Assembly (NCBI GenBank): GCA_963774265.1
Contig: CAVZDU010000006.1
Coordinates: 32,001 to 96,000 of the forward strand
From: an uncultured Chloroflexia bacterium
GTDB lineage: Bacteria > Chloroflexota > Anaerolineae > CG2-30-64-16
Direction: 5' to 3'
DNA length: 64,000 nucleotides
Below, in pieces: positions 21,730 through 31,103 of this stretch. The notes beneath the pieces are model-generated. The model was not told the origin of the DNA. It did not search any database and saw nothing but the letters and a program-made list of their open reading frames with translations. Position 1 is the stretch's first letter; every line of letters starts with the position of its first letter. A program made the translations under genes and the position numbers.

Positions 21730-24700
21730 CTACCTTCTCATCAAGGGCAGGTACACCGCGGCGGTTACCGCGAACGGCTGCGAGATGACTTGCGTCGTGT
21801 TGACCCCGTCGGTCGCGCGAAGTTTTAGCCGGTAGTTGATCCCCGGCGGCACGCTGTCCAGCGAAAGCTCGTAGCTGTCGCCGGTGAGGTTGAGCGCCAC
21901 GGGATTCCAGGTCTCCCCGCCGTCGGAGCTGACCGAGAGCGCGAAGGTCAGCGCGTCCCCGTCATCATCGAGCGCCGCCCAGCTCACGTGCACGCCGGAC
22001 CAATGACCGCCTCCCTGAGGCGACAGGAGCGTGAGCTTCGGTGCGTTGGCAGACACGACCCGCCGCGCCAGCTGCTGGCCGCCGCTCCACAACTCGACCG
22101 CTTGCGTCCCTGCGACCCACTCGATGCGGTAGACGAAGGGGGACTCGTCCACCGGCCCGCCAAACGGGTCGGTCTGTTCGAAGCTGAGATCAAAGCCAGC
22201 GCTGCTGAGCACCGCACCTCCCGCGCCAACCAGTCGCAACTCGTAAGCCCCGGTGCTGCCCGGCTCCAGGTCCAGCAGAGCCTCCGGCAGGCGCAGGAAC
22301 GGCTGAAACGTGGCCGTGCCCCCGGCCGTCACCGAACCGCTGACCAGCAGCGCCTCCGGATCTTTGGACCGTCGGAAGCGCGCGCTGTTGGTGAGGTTCA
22401 CCCAACCGTCGTTGAGAATGGAACCGGTCACGTGGCTATAGCGGCCGACCAGCGTCTGCCAGAAGAAGGGAAACGTATTGGCCGCGGGCCAGTGACTGTC
22501 CATGAAGGAGTTGAGGTCGGAGGTGACTCGAACCCACTTGTTGACCCACATGCCGGCTCCAGCCGGATGCTCGGTCCGGTTGTCCGGGGCGCCGTATACC
22601 GTGCCGCCCCTTGCGTCGCAAGCCACCTCGCACGCATCGCTGCACTCCTCCTTGGTCATCCACACCGGGGGCGTTTCTCTGCAGGCCTGTCCCCAACTCA
22701 CGTGATTGGACGAGCAGTGGCAGTCGACAAACAGCTCTTTGGTGATCGTGCCCGAGCAGGACGCCGGGACATTACGCGATGCTTGCGTGCAGTAGGGTGA
22801 GACCGACAGGAGCGCAATGGGTGTGTTGCTGTATACGCAGTACTCGCGCTTGAGCGTGCCGCCGTCCACGTACTCGCAATAAGACTCCTCCCATGCGATC
22901 AACGTATCCAGCGAATAAGTGTCGCCGGTGTCGGTCGTGCTGTGGGCGAACTCATGAGCCAGCACATTGGGCCACTCGAGCTCCTGGTCATGCTCGTCGA
23001 TGCACACACTTCCAAACTGGGCCGCGTAAACGCCGGGCAGGGTCCCACCCCCTCCGCAGCCGGTCGTGGCGCCGATCGCGTAGTCGTAGTTCTCCGACCG
23101 CGCCAGCGCGAGGATGCGGCTCAACGTGACCCCCCGGCCTTCATTCGCCGCAGGTGTGTCCAACCCGTAGCTGACCGAATAGCTGACCTTGGTGTCGGCG
23201 ATGGGGAAATTGGCGACCAGGTATTGCACCAGGTGCCTGGCGGTGCGGCCCACCTCATCCCGTCTGGGCGTGCTGTTGGTTCGCGTGGGAATGAAATAGA
23301 AGCGCCAGGGCCGGGTGATCACGGCGGGCCACCCCGGCTCGCTGTAGCTATTGTTGCCCTCATACTGCTCGACGATGGCACCCCCCGGATCGGCCGCGAC
23401 GGTAAAGTGAACCGTCGGCGCGATCGGCCGGGGAGCATGCCGGGTGTCGATGGTGCATTGCGAGTAACTCCCACCCCGGCACTGGCCAGCGATGACACCG
23501 GCCGGATTCGTGGTCAGGTCCACCCTGGCATTCGCATCCGCGACGTATGGCAGCCATAGCGAGTTGTCGCCCGGATAGACCTGGTATGGCCCCCACACCT
23601 CCGGATACGTTAGTGCCAGGCCGATCGGGGCCGCTGCGGCCGCGCCGGTCGCCGCCGGCGGCATGACGATCAGGGGGGCATCCCACTCCGTGGGCGGCAG
23701 CCCCAGCCGGAAATAGACGTTGATCATGCGGGGGAAGGAGGACGTCACATTGACCTTGAACGCAGTGGCCTTGTTGCGGATCAGGTGCGCGGCCAAGATC
23801 CGGCTTTCAACCACCTGGACCGCCTCCGCGCCGGTGACTATCAGGTCACCGTAAAGGGTCCTGAGCACCCGGACGGTCAGCTCGGCCTGAACAGACTCGG
23901 TCGGGGTCGTCCCCTGGATGATCACCGGGTACTCGCCGGGCTCTGGAAGCGCGCTGCGCGAGACCGACAGAACGAGTTGCGATTCGAAGGATGGGTTTCC
24001 GCTGGCGGGCTTGAAGGTGTAGCTCATCCATGCAGGCGGACCCTTGATGCTCAAGCTCACTTCATCGCCCTGTCCTTGCAGATTCTTCACCGCTACCATC
24101 GTGGATGCCGCAACCCTGTCGACCTCGCCTGCGACGAGGGGATCGAGATCGAGGTCCACCGCGTTCGGCTCTACTGCGAGGCTGAAGCCGGGGGTGTCGG
24201 CCGCGGTGTACTCGATCTCGAGCTGAGCGGCCTTGCCAGAGCGCTCGCTGAAGACATGGTCGCCGACCGTGCCGGTGCTGCCCGCAAGCACGATGCCGTA
24301 TGCCGGGGCGCCCTTCGCGATCCACTCATCGACGATGGGCATGACATCCCACTCGAACCAGGAGCCCTCTGCCAATGTCAGCCCGATCTGCGTGCCGTAG
24401 GGATTGTCGGGCCAGGGCTGGGTGTTCCAGGTGATGCTCTCTTCCGGCCAATCGGACGGGACGGTCCAGGGCCAGACCCAATACTCACTAGCGCCGCTGG
24501 CGGACTGCTGGTGAAGGCGCAGCCTGGCGTAGGAGATGTCCGCGCCGGCCGGGATGCCGGACACATCGAACTGCAGGAAGACGAAGCGCCGGTTGCCTTT
24601 TTCGTCGGCGCCGACATGCAGCTCGGGCAGCCCGCCGTATTTGCCGTCCGGATCACCCTGGTCGGTATAGGCATCGTAGATGGCGCTGAGGGTGACGGTC

Positions 24701-24819
24701 GTGGCGGGTGCGAAGGGGGCAGCGTTGGCAGTGCCTGAAGGCTGCCGGATTGTTGCCGCGAGTACGAGAAGACCGCTTACGAGGAGCGCACAGAGGAGCA
24801 AAGAGCCGGGCCGTGACAT
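21730..24819 (-). CDS. Secreted protein: DNRLRE/CBM96-like domain, Ig-like domain, HEXXH metallopeptidase-like region, C-terminal VYLPLMRR
   Basis: GGAGG RBS and signal peptide MSRPGSLLLCALL; DAY...LQFDVSGIP...ARLRL...W.E..ITWNTQP; VLAHEFAH; Cys-rich region; terminal motif. Confidence 0.75.
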   Translation of the reverse strand: MSRPGSLLLCALLVSGLLVLAATIRQPSGTANAAPFAPATTVTLSAIYDAYTDQGDPDGKYGGLPELHVGADEKGNRRFVFLQFDVSGIPAGADISYARLRLHQQSASGASEYWVWPWTVPSDWPEESITWNTQPWPDNPYGTQIGLTLAEGSWFEWDVMPIVDEWIAKGAPAYGIVLAGSTGTVGDHVFSERSGKAAQLEIEYTAADTPGFSLAVEPNAVDLDLDPLVAGEVDRVAASTMVAVKNLQGQGDEVSLSIKGPPAWMSYTFKPASGNPSFESQLVLSVSRSALPEPGEYPVIIQGTTPTESVQAELTVRVLRTLYGDLIVTGAEAVQVVESRILAAHLIRNKATAFKVNVTSSFPRMINVYFRLGLPPTEWDAPLIVMPPAATGAAAAAPIGLALTYPEVWGPYQVYPGDNSLWLPYVADANARVDLTTNPAGVIAGQCRGGSYSQCTIDTRHAPRPIAPTVHFTVAADPGGAIVEQYEGNNSYSEPGWPAVITRPWRFYFIPTRTNSTPRRDEVGRTARHLVQYLVANFPIADTKVSYSVSYGLDTPAANEGRGVTLSRILALARSENYDYAIGATTGCGGGGTLPGVYAAQFGSVCIDEHDQELEWPNVLAHEFAHSTTDTGDTYSLDTLIAWEESYCEYVDGGTLKREYCVYSNTPIALLSVSPYCTQASRNVPASCSGTITKELFVDCHCSSNHVSWGQACRETPPVWMTKEECSDACEVACDARGGTVYGAPDNRTEHPAGAGMWVNKWVRVTSDLNSFMDSHWPAANTFPFFWQTLVGRYSHVTGSILNDGWVNLTNSARFRRSKDPEALLVSGSVTAGGTATFQPFLRLPEALLDLEPGSTGAYELRLVGAGGAVLSSAGFDLSFEQTDPFGGPVDESPFVYRIEWVAGTQAVELWSGGQQLARRVVSANAPKLTLLSPQGGGHWSGVHVSWAALDDDGDALTFALSVSSDGGETWNPVALNLTGDSYELSLDSVPPGINYRLKLRATDGVNTTQVISQPFAVTAAVYLPLMRR

Positions 24820-24879
24820 ACGCACCTCCCGCGTGGAACAAGAAGCAATGCTGCGGTTGGAGAGACAAGAAGCACGCCG

Positions 24880-24978
24880 ATCATACGTCGCGACATAGGG
24901 ATTGTCAACTGATAATGGCATCCCAGGGCCATGTGGTCGCGAAAATTCGTTGACAACCGTCCGGCCAGAGACTATACT
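24880..24978. promoter_or_regulatory. Back-to-back sigma70-type promoters
   Basis: Minus strand: TTGACA (24903-24908)-17-TATGAT (24880-24885). Plus strand: TTGACA (24950-24955)-17-TATACT (24973-24978). Confidence 0.7.
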
Positions 24979-24997
24979 CTGTTTGCAGAGAACGGAG

Positions 24998-27900
24998 ATG
25001 ATTCAGTACGAGGATTTCTCCCTCAAGATCGAGCCGAGGCGAGGTGATCTCTACCCGGTCATCGTGCTGCGTTCTCCCGCGGGCGAAGGCCGCTCCCAAT
25101 TCAAACTGCCCTTCGACCCCGATGAGCTGGGCAATATCCTTGTCGACCTGGGCGAGGCGGTGCGCAGCAGCGCGGAGAAGGTTGTGCGGGAGACTGCGCC
25201 CGGCGCCACCCGCACCCGCCCCCAACAGATCGGCGATCAGCTCTTCAGCGCCCTCTTTGCCGGCCCGATCCGGTCCCTGCTCGACCGGAGCCTGGGGATG
25301 CTGCATGGCAGCAACCAGGGCCTGCGCGTCAAGCTCCACATCGACCCCGAGGATGCCAGCCTGGCCCGGCTGACCAGTCTCCCCTGGGAGCTGATGTACC
25401 GCAAAGAGACCCGCGAGTTCCTGAACCTCTCAAGCTTCACTCCCATCCTGCGTTACCTGGATGTCCAGGTGCCCTGCATCCCGCTGCCCCTGGAGCCGCC
25501 GCTGCGCATCCTCGGGGTCATCGCCAACCCGCTGGACTATCCCCAATTGGACCTGGCGCGCGAGCGGCGCCAGATCGAGGCCACCTGGGCCAAACAGCAG
25601 GACGTCGCGGTGGATTTCCTCCAGCCGGCCACCATCCTGGGATTGCAGGAGCGGCTGGCCGGCCAGCCTTACCACGCCCTGCACTTCATGGGCCACGGCG
25701 GCTTCGACCGGGTTTCGGGCAGCGGCGTGCTGCTCTTCGAAGACGAGCATGGCCGCAGCGAGGTCGTGGACGGCAGCACCCTGGGCGTGCTACTGCGCGA
25801 CGCGCCGACGCTGCGCCTGGTCTTTCTCAACGCGTGCGAGACGGCCTGCGTCAGCAAGCAGGAAGGCCTGGATCCCTTCGCCGGCGTCGCCGCAGCCATG
25901 GTGATGGCCGGCATCCCGGCGGTGGTGGCCATGCAGTTTCCGATCACCGACGGAGCCGCGATTCGTTTCGCCAACCGCTTCTACTCGCTGCTGGCCGCGG
26001 GCCAGCCGGTGGACTATGCCGTGGCGCAAGGTCGGCAGGCCATCCTGGCAACCGAAAGCGGGACCATGGAGTGGGCCACGCCGGTCCTGTTCATGCGCGC
26101 GCCGGAGGGCGCCATCTTCAAGGTGAGCAGGGGCCAACAGGCCCGCCGCCGCTTGAGCCAGCCCGCCACGGTGGACGACGTGGAGCTGGCGCAACAATTC
26201 GAGGAGCGCTATACCGCGGGGCTGGGCGCGTTCTGGCTGGAGGAATGGGACAAAGCGGTTCGCTGCTTCGAGGATATCGTCGCGGTGCAGCCCGATTACC
26301 AGGATGTGGCAGCCAAACTGGAGGAGGCCCGGCGCTGGCAGAAGTGGGACGATCTCTACACGCAGGCGCAGGCGGCCCAAACGGCGGGAAACTGGGACCA
26401 GGCCATCGCGGCCCTGACCGAGCTGGTGGCGGAGAAGCCCGATTTCAGGGACGCGGCTGAGCTGCTGGCCGCGGCCCGGCGACGCCGGCAGCTTGCGGAT
26501 CTCTATGCCCAGGCCGGGCGCCTGCACAAAGCGGCCAAGTGGCAGGCCGTCGTAAACGTCTTTGCCCAAATTCGCGCGCTCGACCCGAACCATGCGGACC
26601 CGGATGGCCTGTTTGCCGGCGCGCAGGCGCAGGTTGCGCAGCAGGAACGCCTGGACAAACTGGGCGATCTGTTCGGCCGTGCCGTGCGCGAGCTGGATGC
26701 CGGCCGTTGGCCGGAGGCCCGCGAGCTGCTTGTCCAGGTGCAGGCTGACGAACCCGGCTTTCGCGGCGCCGACCGGCTGCTGGCATGCGCCGAGGCCCAG
26801 ATCGCCATGCAGGCGGCCGCGCGCCAGCGCAAGGAGCAGATCGCCGGCCTCTACAAACAAGCCCAGCGCTGGGCCGGGGAGGGGCAGTGGGTGCAGGCAC
26901 AGACCGCGATGAAGGAGATTCGCGGCCTGGAGCCGGAGTTCACGGATCCCCAAGGAATCGCCGCGCGGGCCCAGGCTGAAATCGCGCGCGGGCGCAAACT
27001 GGATACGCTCTACGCACAGGCCCAGGCCGCGCTGAGTGCTCGGGACTGGTCTGCGGCCGTGGCAGCGCTCCGGGAAACGGTGGGTGAAGATGCCGGCTAC
27101 CGCGACGCGGCGGCGCTCCTGGCAGAGGCAAAAAGGCAGCAGAAAGCGGCCGGTCTTTACGCGGAGGCCCAAGAGCAGCACCGGGCCGGCGCTTGGACCT
27201 CCGTGGTGGAAACCTTTGACCGCATCGCCGAGATCGCGCGCGGCTATGCCGACCCCGAGGGTCTGCTGCCGGCCGCCCAGGCCGCGCTGGCCGAGCAGCA
27301 GCACCTGGCCGCGCTCGAGGACCTGTATGAGCGGGGCGTGGCCGCGCTGGAGGCCGCGGATTGGGAGCAGGCTCGCCTCTTCCTGGGCCAGGTGCAGGAG
27401 CGAGCCCCCGGCTACCGCGAGGCGGCGCAGCTTGCGGACCGGGCTGAGGCCGAGATCGCGCGCGAGAGAGCCGAGCGCCAGCGCCGGGACCAAATCGGCA
27501 CCCTGTACGAGCAGGCCCTGAGTCTGGCCAGCGCGCGGCAGTGGCGGCCCGCGCTGGCCAAGGTAGAGGAAGTCCTCGCCCTGGACGCTGGGTTCACCGA
27601 CCCGGAGGGGATTGCCGGCCGTGCGCGCGTTCAAGTGGCGCAGGAAGAGGCCGAGGCGCAGCGGCAGAACGAGCTGGCCGCGTTTTACGCCGAAGCGGTG
27701 CACCTGCTGAAGGCCGGGCAGTACCAGGAAGCCTTGGAAACATGGGGCCAGGTGCAGGCTCGCGATCCCCGCTACCCCGATCGCAAGAACGTGCAAGCCA
27801 CTGCGCGGAAGAAACTGGCCAGTCTGGCCCGACCGGCCACCGTACGCCGCCTTCCTGGCTGGGTGCTCGCCGCGGCCGGCGCCCTCGTCCTGGTGGCTAC

Positions 27901-29170
27901 GGTCGTGGCCGTCTTATGGTGGCGCGGCGTCCTTGGTGGGGGTCGGTCCGAGCAGGTCAGCACGCCGGCGCCGGCCCCAGTCGCAATCGCCAGAACCGAC
28001 ACGCCGCAGCCCTCCACGCAAGCCACTCGGCCGACGAGCACGGGCGAATCTGCACCTGCCGTGTCGGTGCAAGGATGCGCGCCGGGTGTTCTCTTCTGTG
28101 AGAATTTCGAGAATGGCCAGGCGCAGGATTGGAAGCTGGACACTGCCTGGCGGGTGGAAGAGTCAGGGGGCGACCACTTCCTCAGTGGAAGCGGCCATAA
28201 ATGGGCGACCCTCGATAACCACTCCTGGAGTGATTATCGTGTTCAGTTCCGAGTTAGGTTGCTACAGGGCGGCCTAGCCCTGAACTACAGGATCACCCGT
28301 GCGCCCGTGGGCATCACGCGCTATTACATCGGGTTTATGGAGGATGGGCTTTCCCTCAGCAAGTCCATGATCGATGGGAACGCGAAGGATCTGGTCAGCG
28401 TCCAGGCGTCGCATCCTCTCAACATCTGGCACAAGGTGGAGATTGCGGGCAGGGGCGGACACATCCAGGTGCTTGTGAACGGCCAGGTCGAGCTGGACCA
28501 CACCGACCCCGATCCGTTGCCCAGTGGATCCATCGCCTTCGAGAGCTGGGAGGACTCCTCCGCCCAGATCGACGACATCGAGGTCCTGCCTGCCACGGAG
28601 CCGGGCGCTGCTGTGCCGGTGCCGCCTCTGGGTCCGAATATGGTTTTCAGTGACGACTTCGAAACCGGCCAGGCCAGTCGATGGGGGCTGGAGCCCGGCT
28701 GGCGCGTCGAGCAGGAGGGCGACAACTATGTGCTAAGCGGCGAAAATCACCAGTGGGCCAATCTCCACAATTTGCAGGGATATGTCTGGGAGAACTACAC
28801 CGTGCGATTTCGGGTCAAGCTTGAGCAGGGGGCAATTCACCTGAACTTCCGACACCTGCACGAGCCGAGCAAGGGCAACATAAGATACTATGCTGCATTC
28901 GGTGAGGAAGGACTCATCTTGAGAAAGGAGGTGTTCAACGAATACAGCACCTTGACCGCTTCAACCGATCCTCACGAGCTGCACCGGTGGTACACTGTTG
29001 CGATTATCATTTCTTATGGACATTCGCAGGTCTTCGTGGACGGTGCTCGGAAGCTGGACTACGAAGATCCCAAGCCTCTGGCGCCTGGAGGCATTTCCTT
29101 CGAAACAGTTGAAGACTCACACGCCCTGGTCGATGACGTCGAGATCTGGGCGCCGTGGTACAACCCCTGA
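24998..29170 (+). CDS. CHAT (caspase-like) domain, TPR-like helical repeats, single TM helix, two DUF1080/ConA-like beta-sandwich domains
   Basis: LPWELM, LHFMGHGG, VFLNACET, GIPAVVAMQF, EWATPVLF; about 11 helical repeats; TM WVLAAAGALVLVATVVAVLWW; two F.(E/D).FE.G...W..Y...W..V.I...I.V.V.G...G.I.F...DD(I/V)E domains. Confidence 0.85.
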   Translation: MIQYEDFSLKIEPRRGDLYPVIVLRSPAGEGRSQFKLPFDPDELGNILVDLGEAVRSSAEKVVRETAPGATRTRPQQIGDQLFSALFAGPIRSLLDRSLGMLHGSNQGLRVKLHIDPEDASLARLTSLPWELMYRKETREFLNLSSFTPILRYLDVQVPCIPLPLEPPLRILGVIANPLDYPQLDLARERRQIEATWAKQQDVAVDFLQPATILGLQERLAGQPYHALHFMGHGGFDRVSGSGVLLFEDEHGRSEVVDGSTLGVLLRDAPTLRLVFLNACETACVSKQEGLDPFAGVAAAMVMAGIPAVVAMQFPITDGAAIRFANRFYSLLAAGQPVDYAVAQGRQAILATESGTMEWATPVLFMRAPEGAIFKVSRGQQARRRLSQPATVDDVELAQQFEERYTAGLGAFWLEEWDKAVRCFEDIVAVQPDYQDVAAKLEEARRWQKWDDLYTQAQAAQTAGNWDQAIAALTELVAEKPDFRDAAELLAAARRRRQLADLYAQAGRLHKAAKWQAVVNVFAQIRALDPNHADPDGLFAGAQAQVAQQERLDKLGDLFGRAVRELDAGRWPEARELLVQVQADEPGFRGADRLLACAEAQIAMQAAARQRKEQIAGLYKQAQRWAGEGQWVQAQTAMKEIRGLEPEFTDPQGIAARAQAEIARGRKLDTLYAQAQAALSARDWSAAVAALRETVGEDAGYRDAAALLAEAKRQQKAAGLYAEAQEQHRAGAWTSVVETFDRIAEIARGYADPEGLLPAAQAALAEQQHLAALEDLYERGVAALEAADWEQARLFLGQVQERAPGYREAAQLADRAEAEIARERAERQRRDQIGTLYEQALSLASARQWRPALAKVEEVLALDAGFTDPEGIAGRARVQVAQEEAEAQRQNELAAFYAEAVHLLKAGQYQEALETWGQVQARDPRYPDRKNVQATARKKLASLARPATVRRLPGWVLAAAGALVLVATVVAVLWWRGVLGGGRSEQVSTPAPAPVAIARTDTPQPSTQATRPTSTGESAPAVSVQGCAPGVLFCENFENGQAQDWKLDTAWRVEESGGDHFLSGSGHKWATLDNHSWSDYRVQFRVRLLQGGLALNYRITRAPVGITRYYIGFMEDGLSLSKSMIDGNAKDLVSVQASHPLNIWHKVEIAGRGGHIQVLVNGQVELDHTDPDPLPSGSIAFESWEDSSAQIDDIEVLPATEPGAAVPVPPLGPNMVFSDDFETGQASRWGLEPGWRVEQEGDNYVLSGENHQWANLHNLQGYVWENYTVRFRVKLEQGAIHLNFRHLHEPSKGNIRYYAAFGEEGLILRKEVFNEYSTLTASTDPHELHRWYTVAIIISYGHSQVFVDGARKLDYEDPKPLAPGGISFETVEDSHALVDDVEIWAPWYNP

Positions 29171-29275
29171 AACCATTCAGGACCACTCCGTTTTGGAACG
29201 GGCCAGATCCTTGAAGGCAAAGGAAAGGGTATTCACGTCTCCATGCGCCGGCCGGGACGGGGTGTCACGCCCCTG

Positions 29276-30329
29276 CTACCACAAATCCCCGATCGTATAC
29301 CCCTCCGGGAACGGGTCCGTGTCATCGACCACGTAGCTGGCGAATCCGGTGATCCACGCCTGCCCGCTGATCGTGGGCACGACTGCGGTGTACGGCCCGA
29401 CTGCGGTCTCCTCCACCAGGCGGCCAGTGAAGATCGTGCCCAGGATCCCCTCGTGCCGGAAATCCTGGTTTAGCCCCAACCTGCCGCGGGCGTGGAGGGT
29501 CGCCATCTTGGCGCAGGTGCCGGTGCCGCACGGCGAGCGGTCGATCACGCCGGTCCACGTGGCCGGCTTGCTCCAGTCCACCTGGCCGGTCGAGACCGTC
29601 ACGACATTCCTGGCGTGCGCTCCCGGGTGCGTTGGCGGCGCGGACAGCTCGGCGATGGTCACGCCGGAGAAGCCGGGCTGGAGCGGATGGGTCACGGGCA
29701 GCTGCTCCGCGGCCGCAGCCTTGACCATCTCGCTGATGCGGACGATGTCCCGGCCTTCGTCGGGTGTCAGGTTCAACCCAAACTGGCCGGCCTCTGCGAT
29801 CACGTAAAACATCCCGCCATAGGCCACGTCCACGACAGCCGGCCCCAGGTGAGGCACGTCGATCTCGCGCGTCCAGGTGCGTGGCGAACGCGGGCACGTT
29901 GCGGAAGGTGATCTGCTGCACCTTGCCGCCCGCGCAATCCGCGCGGATGCGGATCAGGCCCGCGGGCGCTTCCAGCGTCAGCTCGGTCACCGGCTCCTTC
30001 ATCGGGACCATGCCCGTCTCCAGCAGCACGGTCGCCACACAGATCGTGTTGGTGCCCGACATGCCGGGATACTCGACCTGCTCCATGATCACGAAGCCCG
30101 CATCCGCCTCGGCCCGGGTCGGCGGCAGGATCACGTTGGCGCAGAGCGCGGGATAACCGCGCGGCTCGCGCAGCATCAGCTTGCGCAGGCCGTCACCGTG
30201 CTGCCACAGGTGCTGCATCTTGTCGTACATGGTCGCGCCGGGCACGTCCAACACGCCGCCGACGATCACCCGCCCGGGCTCGCCGCACGCGTGCGCATCC
30301 ACCGCCTGGATCATCCTCGCAAGTCGCAT
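29276..30329 (-). CDS. Proline racemase superfamily protein, Ser/Cys active-site pair (frameshift ~29870)
   Basis: DAHACGEPGRV; LREPRG; YPGMSGTNTI; VDVAYGGMFY; IDRSPCGTGT; ISGQAWITG. Confidence 0.88.
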
Positions 30330-30432
30330 AATCCCCTCCGTTCGCATCTACGCTGTGGGTGCATTATCGCGCCTGTTACGGAGGCTGTGAAGGGAGAGGA
30401 CATCGTAAGACTGTCACGACGCATCATCCAGC

Positions 30433-30461
30433 TTGACAGGCATGCCTGTCAGTAGTAGAAA
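30433..30461 (+). promoter_or_regulatory. rbsD promoter with perfect 18-bp palindromic operator
   Basis: TGACAGGCATGCCTGTCA (30434-30451) overlaps TTGACA (30433-30438), followed after 17 bp by TAGAAA. Confidence 0.6.
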
Positions 30462-30528
30462 CGACCTGACGCAATGCGCCTGACCTGGAGAGCGCATCCC
30501 AACCATTCACGTTCCAATGGAGCTCGCC

Positions 30529-30924
30529 ATGAAAAAGACCGGACTACTCAACAAGGATCTCTCAGAAGTCATCGCCGGCATGGGGCATCGGGACATGCTG
30601 GTGATCGCCGATGCCGGGCTGCCCATTCCGCCCGGCGTGCGTCGCATCGACCTGGCTATCAGCCCCAACCTGCCCCGCTTCGTGGATGTGGTGGCCGCAG
30701 TGCTGAGCGAGCTGCAGATCGAAGAGGCCATGGTGGCCAGTGAGATGGCTGAGCGCAGCCCCGCCACTCGTGAAGCGCTCGTCACCGTGCTGGGCGCCAC
30801 CCCTGTGAGCGAGGTGTTACACGAACAGCTCAAGTCGCAAAGCGCTCGGGCGCACGCGGTGGTGCGGACAGGCGAGTTCACGCCCTACGCCAACGTGATC
30901 CTGGTGGCAGGGGTGGTGTTCTGA
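30529..30924 (+). CDS. rbsD: D-ribose pyranase
   Basis: MKKTGLLN...MGHRDMLVIADAGLPIP...RIDLA...VRTGEFTPYANVILVAGVVF. Confidence 0.95.
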   Translation: MKKTGLLNKDLSEVIAGMGHRDMLVIADAGLPIPPGVRRIDLAISPNLPRFVDVVAAVLSELQIEEAMVASEMAERSPATREALVTVLGATPVSEVLHEQLKSQSARAHAVVRTGEFTPYANVILVAGVVF

Positions 30925-31103
30925 AAAACGCAATCGCCGCACACGCCCGATGATTGTCCAAAATTTGCTCATTATTAAAATGCGTGTAGAATCTGACATG
31001 TAAGAGATTTGTGTTTAACTTAGGCTGAGAAATGCGTCGTGCAGTGATGGAGCGATGCCGCCGCTCCATCAGAAAGGTGGTCGAGTTGACAAGGAGCCTG
31101 GCT

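Noticed and set aside
25790-27796. 668-aa minus-strand ORF
   Set aside because: Shadow of the repetitive CHAT protein gene.
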